Shown here one piece after another: positions 25,432-33,737 of a DNA stretch of 38,585 nt. The translations under genes and the position numbers were made by a program. The first letter of the stretch is position 1; each line of letters begins with the position of its first letter. Where the stretch lies: NCBI GenBank assembly GCA_025935545.1, contig JAICVB010000001.1:1-38585 (forward strand), written 5' to 3'. The notes beneath the pieces are model-generated. The model searched no databases and had not been told where the DNA came from. It worked only from the letters and a program-made list of their open reading frames with translations. The DNA is from Gemmatimonadales bacterium. GTDB taxonomy: Bacteria > Gemmatimonadota > Gemmatimonadetes > Gemmatimonadales > GWC2-71-9.

Positions 25432-26751
25432 TCACTTCCCCACACAGAACGACGCGAAGACGCGGCCGAGCACCTCGTCCACGTCGATCGCGCCCACCAG
25501 CACGTCGAGCGCCGACGCCGCTTCACGCACGTGGTGCGCGGCCAGCACCGCCTCGCCGCCCGGTGCCAGGTGCGGGAGCGCCGCGGTGAGCGCGTCGCGC
25601 GCGCGGGCGAGCGCCGTCCGGTGCCGCTCCCGGCTGATCCCCGGCTCGAGGTCGGCGAGCGCGGCCCGGGCGCCGAAGAGCTCTTCCGCGATCCGCGTGC
25701 GCAGCCGGTCGAGCCCCTCGCCCGTTTCGGCCGACACCGCGTCGCTCCCCGCGCCGTGCAGGTCGGACTTGGTGCGCACGACAACGGCACTTCGGCCGCG
25801 GAGCACCTCCGCTTCGTCGTCGCCCGGCGCACGGTGGCCGTCGATGCAGAGGAGCACGAGGTCGGCCGCCGCGAGCCAGCGACGGCTCACACCCACGCCC
25901 AGGCGGTCGATGGCATCCGCCGGCTCCCAGAGCCCCGCCGTGTCGACCAGCCGGATCGGCCAGCCCATCGCATCGGTCGGCGCCTCGATCGCATCGCGCG
26001 TGGTGCCGGCCACCTCGGTCACCAGGGCGCGCTCGCTCCCCAGGAGCGCATTGAAGAGCGACGACTTGCCGGCGTTCGGCCGGCCCGCGAGCACCACGAG
26101 CGCGCCCTCGCGGAGGCGCTCGCCGGCCGGCGCGGTGGCGAGCAGCTGCTCGATCCGTCCGCGCACCGCCACCGCTTCCGCGCCGATCCGCCCGAGCGGC
26201 ACCGGGCCGTCGTCCTCATCGGGAAAATCGATCTCGTACCCCAGCAGGGCCTGCAGCTCGACGAGCGCCGCGCGAAGCGCTTCCAGCCGCCGCGAGAGGC
26301 TGCCCTCGAGCTGCGAGAGCGCGGCCCGCGCCTGGGCCGGCGCGGTCGCGTCGATGAGGTCGCCCACCGCCTCCGCCTGCAGGAGGTCGAGCTTCCGGTT
26401 GAGCACGGCGCGCCGGGTGAATTCTCCCGGCGCCGCGGCGCGCGCGCCCGCTGCCTCGAGCGCCGCGACGAGCCGCGCCGGCACGGCGAGGCCGCCGTGA
26501 CAGGACAGCTCCACGACGTCGTCGCCGGTGTAGCTCGCGGGTGCGGGAAAGACGGTGTAGAGGCCGCGATCGATGGGCGTGCCGTCGGCCGCGTGGAAGG
26601 TGGCGAGGGTGACGGTGCGGGGCGGATCGGTCCGGAAGCCGGCCACGACGCGGCGGGCCACCGCGAACGCCCCCTCACCGCTCACCCGGACGACCGCGAG
26701 GGCGGACCGGCCGGGTGGTGTCGCGAGCGCGACGATCGGGTCGGCGAGCAC
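25432..26751 (-). CDS. mnmE: tRNA modification GTPase MnmE (TrmE)
   Basis: N-terminus DPIVALATPPGRSALAVVRVSG; G1 GRPNAGKSSLFNAL; DTAGL; C-terminal FCVGK motif. Confidence 0.95.
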   Translation of the reverse strand: MLADPIVALATPPGRSALAVVRVSGEGAFAVARRVVAGFRTDPPRTVTLATFHAADGTPIDRGLYTVFPAPASYTGDDVVELSCHGGLAVPARLVAALEAAGARAAAPGEFTRRAVLNRKLDLLQAEAVGDLIDATAPAQARAALSQLEGSLSRRLEALRAALVELQALLGYEIDFPDEDDGPVPLGRIGAEAVAVRGRIEQLLATAPAGERLREGALVVLAGRPNAGKSSLFNALLGSERALVTEVAGTTRDAIEAPTDAMGWPIRLVDTAGLWEPADAIDRLGVGVSRRWLAAADLVLLCIDGHRAPGDDEAEVLRGRSAVVVRTKSDLHGAGSDAVSAETGEGLDRLRTRIAEELFGARAALADLEPGISRERHRTALARARDALTAALPHLAPGGEAVLAAHHVREAASALDVLVGAIDVDEVLGRVFASFCVGK

Positions 26752-26761
26752 CGCCCCGGTG

Positions 26762-28477
26762 TCAGGCCGGCCGGGCCGGCTTCGGCTGCGGGCGCGGCTT
26801 GGCCGGCGGCATGCGGCGGAGCCGCTCCTTCGCCAGGAGCCACTGCTGCGGAATGCTCGCGATGTTGCTCACCGCGTAGTACAGGTTGAGGCCCGACGCG
26901 AAGTTGAGGAAGATGACCGTCATGAAGATCGGCATGATGTACGTCGTCATCTTCATCTGCGGATTCGTCTCCATCCCCTGCTGCCCCACCTTGCTCAGCA
27001 CGTACATCGAGAGTCCCATGATCACGGGCAGGATGTAGAACGGATCCTTGCTCGCGAGGTCGGGGAGCCAGAGGAACGAGGCCCCGCGCAGCTCGATGCT
27101 GTACTGGAAGACGAAGAAGAGCGCCAGCAGCACCGGCATCGGCAGGAGCATCGGCCAGCACCCGCCCATCGGGTTCACGTGATGCTCCCGGTAGAGCCGG
27201 AACATCTCCTCCTGCTGCTTCTTCGGGTCGTCCTTGTAGCGCTCCTGCGCCTCCTTCACCAGCGGCTGGATCGCCTGCAGCTCCATGTTGGAGCGCATCG
27301 CCTTCTGGTTGAGGGGCCAGAGCAGCACGCGGACGAGGATGCCGAAGAAGATGAGCGCGACGCCGTACGCGAGGCCCAGGCGCTCGTGCATCGCGACGAG
27401 CAGCCACCGGACCGGTACGGCGAAGAACCGGATCGCCGTCCGGAAGCCGGGCCAGCCGTACGGGTTCACGTCGTCGAACTCGTGCCCGATGGCGGCAAGG
27501 CGCGGGTGCTCCATCGGCCCGGCGTACAGGAGATAGCGGAAGGTGCCGGCCGAGGTGACCGGCAGGCTGGCCCGCACTTCGGCGACCGACGTCCGCTTGG
27601 GCGCGTTGGCCGGCGCGAGCGCGGTGACACCGCTGATCCGTCCCGTGGTGGAGCTCGAGTCGAAGGCGAACAGGCTCGCCACGAAGTACTTGGACTTGAC
27701 CGCCACCCACTCGAACGGCCCGCTCACGACCGTCGGGACGCCCGCCTTGAGGCTCGAGAAGTCGTGCCGGTGCGCCTCGGTGTCCTTCACCACGAACGCG
27801 AAGGCGTGGACGTTCTGCGCCGAGTCCGCCTCGGCATTCTCCAGGCCGTTGCCGATCCCGACGAGCAGCAGCCCCCCGTTGGGACCGAGCCCGCTCACCC
27901 GGCCCGCTACCGAGACCTGGTAGTCCGGCAGGAAGGTGTAGGTCAGCTCCACCTGGTAGGCGCCGCGGGCCGCGGTGAGCGTGAGCGGTGTCGGACCGGT
28001 CACGGTGAGCGAGCTCGCGGAGGGCGTGAAGTTCCAGTCGCCGAAGCGGACGGTGTCCCCGCCGGTCACGAGCACCAGGTCGAGGAGCCCGCTCCCGGGG
28101 CGGATCAGCTCGACGGGCTTGTGGCTCTCCCCCGGCGCGAGCGAGCGGTAGCGATTGAGCCGGGCCGACACGATCCGGGCGCCGCGGCTGCTCACGGTCC
28201 AGTTCGCGAGGCCGGAGGAGACGGTCACGAGCGCCGGTGGCGTGGTGGTGTCGGCGGCCGGTGGCGAGGGCGCCGCGGCCCGCGACGTGTCTGCCGGTGC
28301 GGCGGCCGGAGCGGTCGCGCTGGTGCGCTGCCCACTGTCCCGCTTCGCGCTGTCCACGGCCACCGGGCTCCGCTCGGCCCGCGTGACGGCGGGCTTCGCG
28401 CTCTTCCGGAAGAAGAAGGCCGGCGCGATCGCGATCGCCATCATGAGCAGGATGGCCCACAGGGTACGACGTTCCAT
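26762..28477 (-). CDS. yidC: Membrane protein insertase YidC
   Basis: N-terminal TM, large periplasmic domain, and conserved C-terminal core (MRSNMELQAIQPLVKEAQERYKDDPKKQQEEMFRLYREHHVNPMGGCWPMLLPMPVLLALF...NLYYAVSN). Confidence 0.95.
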   Translation of the reverse strand: MERRTLWAILLMMAIAIAPAFFFRKSAKPAVTRAERSPVAVDSAKRDSGQRTSATAPAAAPADTSRAAAPSPPAADTTTPPALVTVSSGLANWTVSSRGARIVSARLNRYRSLAPGESHKPVELIRPGSGLLDLVLVTGGDTVRFGDWNFTPSASSLTVTGPTPLTLTAARGAYQVELTYTFLPDYQVSVAGRVSGLGPNGGLLLVGIGNGLENAEADSAQNVHAFAFVVKDTEAHRHDFSSLKAGVPTVVSGPFEWVAVKSKYFVASLFAFDSSSTTGRISGVTALAPANAPKRTSVAEVRASLPVTSAGTFRYLLYAGPMEHPRLAAIGHEFDDVNPYGWPGFRTAIRFFAVPVRWLLVAMHERLGLAYGVALIFFGILVRVLLWPLNQKAMRSNMELQAIQPLVKEAQERYKDDPKKQQEEMFRLYREHHVNPMGGCWPMLLPMPVLLALFFVFQYSIELRGASFLWLPDLASKDPFYILPVIMGLSMYVLSKVGQQGMETNPQMKMTTYIMPIFMTVIFLNFASGLNLYYAVSNIASIPQQWLLAKERLRRMPPAKPRPQPKPARPA

Positions 28478-28497
28478 GGTCTCTCTAGATCAGGGCA

Positions 28498-28728
28498 TCA
28501 GGGGACGGGGTCCACGCCGCCGGGATGGAACGGGTGGCACCGCACGAGCCGGCGCGCCGCGAGCCACGAGCCGCGGATGACGCCGTGGCGCGTGATCGCC
28601 TCCAGCGCGTAGTGCGAGCAGCTCGGCGTGAACCGGCAGGTGGGCGGGAAGGCCGGCGAGATGAACCGCTGGTAGCCGCGGATCGGAAGGGCCAGGAGGC
28701 GCCGGGGCAACCGGCCGAGCGGCAGCAT
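28498..28728 (-). CDS. yidD: Membrane protein insertion efficiency factor YidD
   Basis: YQRFISP...[17 protein letters not shown]...[18 protein letters not shown] signature. ATG 28728 chosen; the ORF extends to 28758. Confidence 0.85.
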   Translation of the reverse strand: MLPLGRLPRRLLALPIRGYQRFISPAFPPTCRFTPSCSHYALEAITRHGVIRGSWLAARRLVRCHPFHPGGVDPVP

Positions 28729-28732
28729 CGCG

Positions 28733-29086
28733 TCACCGCGTTGCCAGCGTCGCGTCACGCCAGCCGACGATCTGTGCCCGGAGCGCGTCGAACGGGGCGC
28801 TGTACGCCTCGCGCCGCGCGCGGATCACGAGGTCCCACGCCGGCTGCGCGGCCCGCACGTCGCGGCGCCAGATCTCCCTGAGCCGCCGCCGCAAACGATT
28901 GCGGGCCACCGCGCTCGACTGAAATCTGGGAACGATCAGTCCCATGCGCGGATGGCCCGTTGTGTTGTCGGCCCAGATCATGTCGAGATGCTCGGTCCGG
29001 CGGCGCCGGCCCGTGTTCAGGCAGCGGCGGATATCGGACGCCCGCGCGAGCCGGTTGGCTCGCGTGAGGCGTTCCGCTGGCGTCAG
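28733..29086 (-). CDS. rnpA: Ribonuclease P protein component; start codon non-canonical or uncertain
   Basis: RnpA pattern [23 protein letters not shown]...[25 protein letters not shown] (RNR motif). The only ATG (28981) would delete the conserved N-terminus. No ATG/GTG/TTG lies between it and the rpmH stop. A CTG at 29086-29084 overlaps the rpmH TGA. Confidence 0.7.
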   Translation of the reverse strand: MTPAERLTRANRLARASDIRRCLNTGRRRRTEHLDMIWADNTTGHPRMGLIVPRFQSSAVARNRLRRRLREIWRRDVRAAQPAWDLVIRARREAYSAPFDALRAQIVGWRDATLATR

Positions 29087-29244
29087 GATCCCCCGTGCTT
29101 CGAGGGCAGCGACACGACGAGCTGCCGGCGGCCCTTCTTGCGGCGGCGGGACAGGACGGCGCGGCCCCAGCGCGTCGCCATCCGCGCGCGGAATCCATGC
29201 TTGGCGATCCGGCGCTTGTTGCGCGGACGATAGGACGGCTTCAT
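29083..29244 (-). CDS. rpmH: 50S ribosomal protein L34
   Basis: Hand translation of the minus strand: [53 protein letters not shown], preceded by AGGAG (29258-29254). Below the ORF-track length cutoff. Confidence 0.9.
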   Translation of the reverse strand: MKPSYRPRNKRRIAKHGFRARMATRWGRAVLSRRRKKGRRQLVVSLPSKHGGS

Positions 29245-29272
29245 CGGTCAGAGCTCCTGAAGTAAGCCCGGA

Positions 29273-29301
29273 AACGTAGCCGGGGGCCCGCGACCGGTCA
29301 A
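29273..29301 (-). promoter_or_regulatory. Candidate sigma70-type promoter for rpmH-rnpA (TTGACC-17 nt-TACGTT)
   Basis: Minus-strand -35 TTGACC (29301-29296) and -10 TACGTT (29278-29273) with a 17-nt spacer, about 30 nt upstream of the rpmH ATG. Confidence 0.4.
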
Positions 29302-29356
29302 GCGGACCATCCACGCAGCGCGGCGGCGGTGGCCATTGAGTGTCCGTTTTTCGCCA

Positions 29357-29385
29357 TTTGACTTTTCCACAGCGCGCCCGTAACA
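29357..29385 (+). promoter_or_regulatory. Candidate dnaA promoter (TTGACT-17 nt-TAACAT) with a DnaA box in the spacer
   Basis: -35 TTGACT 29357-29362 and -10 TAACAT 29380-29385. TTTTCCACA (8/9 match to TTATCCACA) at 29362-29370 overlaps the -35/spacer. Confidence 0.45.
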
Positions 29386-29428
29386 TCGTCTGCCCTTGGA
29401 TCACCTCCTACCGGTTTTCAGAGTGTAG

Positions 29429-30805
29429 ATGCAGCTGTCCGCCAAAGAAGCATGGAAGCGCATCCTGGATGAGGCGCATCGCGAACTTCCAGATCATACG
29501 ATCCGGACCTGGCTCGAGCCCACCGAGGCGATCGCCCTCGACGAGGGCCGGCTGATCGTCGGCGCGCCCGACCAGTTCGCCGTCGAGTGGACCGAATCGA
29601 AGCACGCCGCCCTCCTCTCGCGCCTGGCCGCTCCGGTCCTGGGCGGAGAGACGGCGGTGGTCTTCCGCGTGCAGGAGGATCGCCAGAAGCGTCCGCAGAT
29701 GGACTTCTTCGTGGCGCCCACCGCCCCGGCCGCGCCGGCGCCGGCCAATCCGAGCACCCAGCCGCTCAACGAGCGCTACACCTTCGACACCTTCGTCATC
29801 GGGAAGTCGAACGAGCTGGCCGCCGCCGCGGCCCACGCCGCGGCCGAGACGCCGGGCAAGACCTACAACCCCCTCTTCATCTACGGGGCCACCGGGCTCG
29901 GCAAGACCCACCTGATGCAGGCGATCGCCCACGCCGTGTGCCAGAACAACCCCGGGACCCGCATCCTGTACGTGGGCGCCGAGCAGTTCATCAACGAGGT
30001 GATCGAGAGCATCCACGGGCGCACCATGCCCGAGTTCCGCCGCCGCTACCGGAGCGACGTGGACCTCTTCCTGGTGGACGACGTGCATTTCCTGGAAGGC
30101 AAGGAGATGACGCAGGAGGAGTTCTTCCACACCTTCAACGCCTTGTACGAGGCCAACAAGCAGATCGTCCTCACCTCGGACCGGCCGCCCAAGGAGATCC
30201 CGGGCCTCGAGTCGCGCCTGGTGAGCCGCTTCGAGTGGGGCATGGTGGCCGACATCGGCCAGCCGGACCTCGAGCACCGGATCGCCATCCTCCGGAAGAA
30301 GCAGGAGCAGGACCACCTGGAGACCACGATCCCGGACGACGTCCTCCGCTTCATCGCGGAGCACGTGCGCTCGAGCGTGCGGGAGCTCGAGGGGTGCATC
30401 ATCAAGCTCCTCCTCTTCGCCTCCCTCAAGCACCGGGAGATCTCGATCGAGCTGGCCCGCGAGGCCCTCTCCGACAAGATCCGCCCCGGTGAGGACGCCG
30501 GCGAGCCCCGGCCCCTGCCCACGATCCACAAGGTGCAGGAGGTGGTGGCCCGCCGCTGGGGGGTCACGCCCGAGGGCCTCCGGAGCAAGGCCCGCATCAA
30601 GACCCTGACCGTCCCGCGGCAGATCGCCATGTACCTCGCGCGCGAGCTGTTGCAGATGCAGCTGGTGGAGATCGGGCAGGCCTTTGGCGGGCGGGATCAC
30701 TCCACCGTGATCCACAGCGTGGACAAGGTCCAGCAGCAGATCGCGCGCGACCGCGCCTTCCGCGACCGCATCGATCACGCGCGGCAGGAGCTGGTCGCGC
30801 AGTAA
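29429..30805 (+). CDS. dnaA: Chromosomal replication initiator protein DnaA
   Basis: N-terminal domain I, AAA+ Walker A GATGLGKTHL, box VII, and C-terminal DNA-binding domain (PRQIAMYLARELL...IGQAFGGRDHSTVIHS). Confidence 0.97.
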   Translation: MQLSAKEAWKRILDEAHRELPDHTIRTWLEPTEAIALDEGRLIVGAPDQFAVEWTESKHAALLSRLAAPVLGGETAVVFRVQEDRQKRPQMDFFVAPTAPAAPAPANPSTQPLNERYTFDTFVIGKSNELAAAAAHAAAETPGKTYNPLFIYGATGLGKTHLMQAIAHAVCQNNPGTRILYVGAEQFINEVIESIHGRTMPEFRRRYRSDVDLFLVDDVHFLEGKEMTQEEFFHTFNALYEANKQIVLTSDRPPKEIPGLESRLVSRFEWGMVADIGQPDLEHRIAILRKKQEQDHLETTIPDDVLRFIAEHVRSSVRELEGCIIKLLLFASLKHREISIELAREALSDKIRPGEDAGEPRPLPTIHKVQEVVARRWGVTPEGLRSKARIKTLTVPRQIAMYLARELLQMQLVEIGQAFGGRDHSTVIHSVDKVQQQIARDRAFRDRIDHARQELVAQ

Positions 30806-31048
30806 TCCAGAGGATCATCCACGCCGTGGATTGGTACGGTGTGGGTTTTATGGAAAGCAGTGGAGAGGCGGGCGGAAACCGGGTACTCTTCCGCATCGCA
30901 CACACGCTGTCGACAGGGCGGAAATCCGGTAACGCGTTCGAACGAGAATGTGTTGCGGCGCCGGTCCACATTTCCAGACCCTCTACTGCTACTGCTGATT
31001 CTTTTAATTGGAAGAGTAGTATCTGTTTCTAGCGCTCCGAGGAGACCG
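30806..31048. other. Candidate oriC (dnaA-dnaN intergenic): degenerate DnaA boxes, 16-nt direct repeat, trinucleotide-periodic tract and AT-rich unwinding element
   Basis: Inverted ATCCACG/CGTGGAT pair (30817-30823 and 30825-30831). GGTCCACA at 30963-30970. GGGCGGAAACCGGGTA and GGGCGGAAATCCGGTA at 30870-30885 and 30916-30931. CTACTGCTACTGCTG at 30983-30997. Stretch 30997-31031 is about 70% A+T in a GC-rich genome. Confidence 0.55.
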
Positions 31049-32164
31049 ATGAAGTTCACGATCACGCGGGAACAGCTCCAGGAAGGACTCGTCGCGGTCG
31101 CCGCCAGCGTCCCGACGAAAACCACGCTCCCGGTGCTGTCCAACATTCTCCTCGAGGCCACGCGGGACGGGATCCGTCTCTCCGGCACCGATCTCGACAT
31201 CGCGGTGAGCACCACCGTGAGCGCGTCGGTGGATCAGGAGGGGGCGATCACCCTCCCCGCGCGGAAGCTGGTCGAGATCGTCCGCGAGCTGCCGAGCGCC
31301 GCCATCCGCGTCACGGCGTCAGGCGAGCAGCGGGTCACCATCGAGTGCGGCCGCTCCCGCTTCAAGCTCCTGGGCCTCCCGCGCGAGGAGTTCCCCGCCT
31401 TCCCCGCCGTCAAGTTCGACAGCTCCTGGCGCACCTCCTCGGGCGATCTCCAGAAGCTGATCGGGCACGTGGCCTTCGCCGCCAGCACCGAGGAGAGCCG
31501 CCCCATCCTGAACGGCGTGCTCTGGGAGCTCCGGCCCGAGCGCATGCGGATGGTGGCCACCAACGGCCATCGGCTTGCCCGCATGGACGTTCCCTCCGCA
31601 GCCACCGGCGGCTCCAGCCAGGCCGACCTGATCGTTCCCCCCAAGGCGCTGGAGCAGATCCGCCGCCTCTTCGGCGCCGACGAGCAGGTCGAAATCGCGC
31701 GGAGCGAGAACCACCTCGGCTTCCGCTCCGAGAAGACGCAGATCTTCACCCGGCTCATCGAGGGACCCTACCCGAACTACGAGCAGGTCATCCCGCGCGA
31801 CAACGACAAGACCGCCACCGCCGACAAGGCCGCGCTCTCGAGCGCGCTCCGCCGGATGAGCATCGTGGCCAGCGACCAGACCCACCGGATCCGGATGGCC
31901 TTCGCCAACGGCTCCTGCAAGCTCTCGGTGCAGACCCCCGACCTGGGCGAGGCGCAGGAGGAGGTCACGGTGAGCTACGAGGGCGATCCGCTCGAGATCG
32001 GATTCAACGCGTCGTACATGCTCGAGATCCTCAAGTTCATGCCCACCGACGAGATCCGCATGACCTTCAAGGCGCCCGAGCGCGCCGCCACCTGCGAGCC
32101 GGTCGGCTGGAATGACCCGGCGAGCTTTCTCGCGCTGGTGATGCCGCTTCGCCTGGTGGACTGA
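31049..32164 (+). CDS. dnaN: DNA polymerase III beta sliding clamp
   Basis: MKFTITREQLQEGL...TTLPVLSNILLEA...; SRPILNGVLWE; typical length of about 371 aa. GAGGAG Shine-Dalgarno at 31039-31044. The in-frame upstream extension to 30839 is not clamp-like. Confidence 0.95.
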   Translation: MKFTITREQLQEGLVAVAASVPTKTTLPVLSNILLEATRDGIRLSGTDLDIAVSTTVSASVDQEGAITLPARKLVEIVRELPSAAIRVTASGEQRVTIECGRSRFKLLGLPREEFPAFPAVKFDSSWRTSSGDLQKLIGHVAFAASTEESRPILNGVLWELRPERMRMVATNGHRLARMDVPSAATGGSSQADLIVPPKALEQIRRLFGADEQVEIARSENHLGFRSEKTQIFTRLIEGPYPNYEQVIPRDNDKTATADKAALSSALRRMSIVASDQTHRIRMAFANGSCKLSVQTPDLGEAQEEVTVSYEGDPLEIGFNASYMLEILKFMPTDEIRMTFKAPERAATCEPVGWNDPASFLALVMPLRLVD

Positions 32165-32276
32165 GCCGGTACGGCCCAACGGGCCCGAACGTCGGCTGCG
32201 TCACAGCGGTCCTGCAACGCCCCGCCCATCTTGGGGCATTCAACGGCCGCACATCAGTCACCTGGAGGACAGGCAA

Positions 32277-32852
32277 ATGGTGAAACGTCAAGCGGATACC
32301 GACTCGTTCACCCTCACCGAGACGGGCGGAGCGGGCGGCGGCAGCCTGGTGGCCACGGCGGTTGTCGCGGCGGCGGTCGGCGCCGGCGTCGCGCTGCTCT
32401 TCGCGCCCGAGAAGGGCGCCAAGACCCGCAAGCGCCTGAGCAAGCGGATGCGCAAGCTCGAGCTCGGGAAGCAGATCGAGGAGCTGGAGCTGGGCAAGCG
32501 TGCCGCCATGATGGGCAGCGGCGCCGCGGACAGCTGGAAACGGTTCCGGAAGGAGAGCGCCCGCCGCATTGATCCCGACTACGGCGGCGGCTCGAACAAG
32601 CCCCTCTACGCCATTCTGGGCACCCTCGCCGGCGCGGCGGCGGCCGTGCTCCTCGCGCCCGACAGCGGTGCCCGTACGCGCGAACGGCTGGGCAACCGGA
32701 TCCGCGACCTCAAGGACGACGCCTCCACCCGGTGGCAGGAGCACCGCGCCGGGCGCGGCGCCGCTGGCGGGACCGGCAACGGGGCCGCCGAGGCGGATCG
32801 CAACGTGCGCTCCGTTCAGGAGCTCGGCCGGGAGGGCAGCGAGGTCTTCTAG
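32277..32852 (+). CDS. YtxH domain protein with two YtxH-like repeats
   Basis: Two copies of the hydrophobic-helix plus LFAPEKGAKTRKRL / LLAPDSGARTRERL motif. GGAGGA at 32265-32270 upstream of the ATG. Confidence 0.65.
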   Translation: MVKRQADTDSFTLTETGGAGGGSLVATAVVAAAVGAGVALLFAPEKGAKTRKRLSKRMRKLELGKQIEELELGKRAAMMGSGAADSWKRFRKESARRIDPDYGGGSNKPLYAILGTLAGAAAAVLLAPDSGARTRERLGNRIRDLKDDASTRWQEHRAGRGAAGGTGNGAAEADRNVRSVQELGREGSEVF

Positions 32853-33727
32853 TCGGCCGGCGGGCCCTGCCGCTCCGGCGGCAGGGTCTCCACCGGTGCC
32901 CGCAGTGAATCCAGCAGCGAGTCGATTCCCGGCGTGTGCATCACGCTGTCGGCCGGTTCCGGTCTCGCCTCTTCCTCCTCCTTCGGTATCTCGATCCGCT
33001 CCCCCTGCATCCGCCGCAGGATGAGGTTTTGCCGCCAGCGCATCCGCCCCGGCCGGTAGGACGGGTTCGAGGCAAGGGGGAATGGCAGCGAGCCCGCGAT
33101 CGCCGCCGCCTGCACCCGCGTGAGTGTCGCCGCGGACCGCCCGAAGTAGCGTTCGCTCGCGGCCTCCGCGCCCCATACCTCGTCTCCCGTCTCCACCACA
33201 TTCAGGTAGAGCTCGAGGATCCGACGCTTGCTGAGGGCGCCCTCGAGTCGGAACGCCGTCACCGCCTCCTTGAGCTTCCGGAGCGGATTCCGTGACGGCG
33301 AGAGATAGAGGTTCTTGGCCAGTTGCTGTGTCACGGTGCTGGCGCCCCGGAGCGCTTCCCGGCGCCCCCATGCCCGCCCCAGCGACCGGGTGACCTCGAG
33401 GATATCCCGCGGCGAGGCCCAGGAGAAGGCCGGGCGCCGATACCCCAGCGCGCGCCGGATCTCGACGAAATCGATCCCCGGGTGGGTCCAGAAGCGGTTG
33501 TCCTCGCCGATCAGGACCGCCTGCACCAGGAAGGGCGAGATCGAATCCAGCGGCACCGGGCGATACCGCGCGCGGTGCCCGCCTCCCTGCCCGTGCGCGC
33601 GCATGGCCATGAACGCGGTCTCCGCGGGCCAGTGCGAGCGATACCAGAGCGGCGGGGGCCAGACGGCAAACAGCCACAGCACGAAGAGTGCTGTGGCTGC
33701 GCCGATCCCGATGAAGATCCGCTTCAC
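32849..33727 (-). CDS. mtgA: Monofunctional peptidoglycan glycosyltransferase (GT51)
   Basis: N-terminal TM. GT51 motifs IGEDNRFWTHPGIDF, GASTVTQQLAKNLYL, RKLKEAVTAFRLEGALSKRRILELYLN. GTG start at 33727. Confidence 0.85.
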   Translation of the reverse strand: MKRIFIGIGAATALFVLWLFAVWPPPLWYRSHWPAETAFMAMRAHGQGGGHRARYRPVPLDSISPFLVQAVLIGEDNRFWTHPGIDFVEIRRALGYRRPAFSWASPRDILEVTRSLGRAWGRREALRGASTVTQQLAKNLYLSPSRNPLRKLKEAVTAFRLEGALSKRRILELYLNVVETGDEVWGAEAASERYFGRSAATLTRVQAAAIAGSLPFPLASNPSYRPGRMRWRQNLILRRMQGERIEIPKEEEEARPEPADSVMHTPGIDSLLDSLRAPVETLPPERQGPPAD

Positions 33728-33737
33728 GGCCGCGGGA

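Noticed and set aside
26573-28612. 679-aa plus-strand ORF and 592-aa minus-strand alternative frame (26682-28460) overlapping yidC
   Set aside because: Only the 26762-28477 minus frame gives the conserved YidC core. The others are composition artefacts.
29087-29404. Full 223-aa rnpA-frame ORF starting at ATG 29404 or 29386
   Set aside because: These ATGs lie upstream of the proposed rpmH promoter and within the dnaA control region, so they are probably not on the rpmH-rnpA mRNA. An open frame of this length is expected by chance at this GC content. It is kept only as the Thermus-like alternative in the rnpA finding.
30839-31048. In-frame 70-codon upstream extension of dnaN, and the 68-aa ORF 30826-31032
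   Set aside because: The clamp homology starts at MKFTITREQL (31049), which has a good Shine-Dalgarno. The extension covers the AT-rich, box-containing putative oriC and has no protein-like character.
32173-32185. GGCCC-AAC-GGGCC hairpin after dnaN as an intrinsic terminator
   Set aside because: It has a 5-bp stem and no downstream T tract, so it is not convincing enough to annotate.
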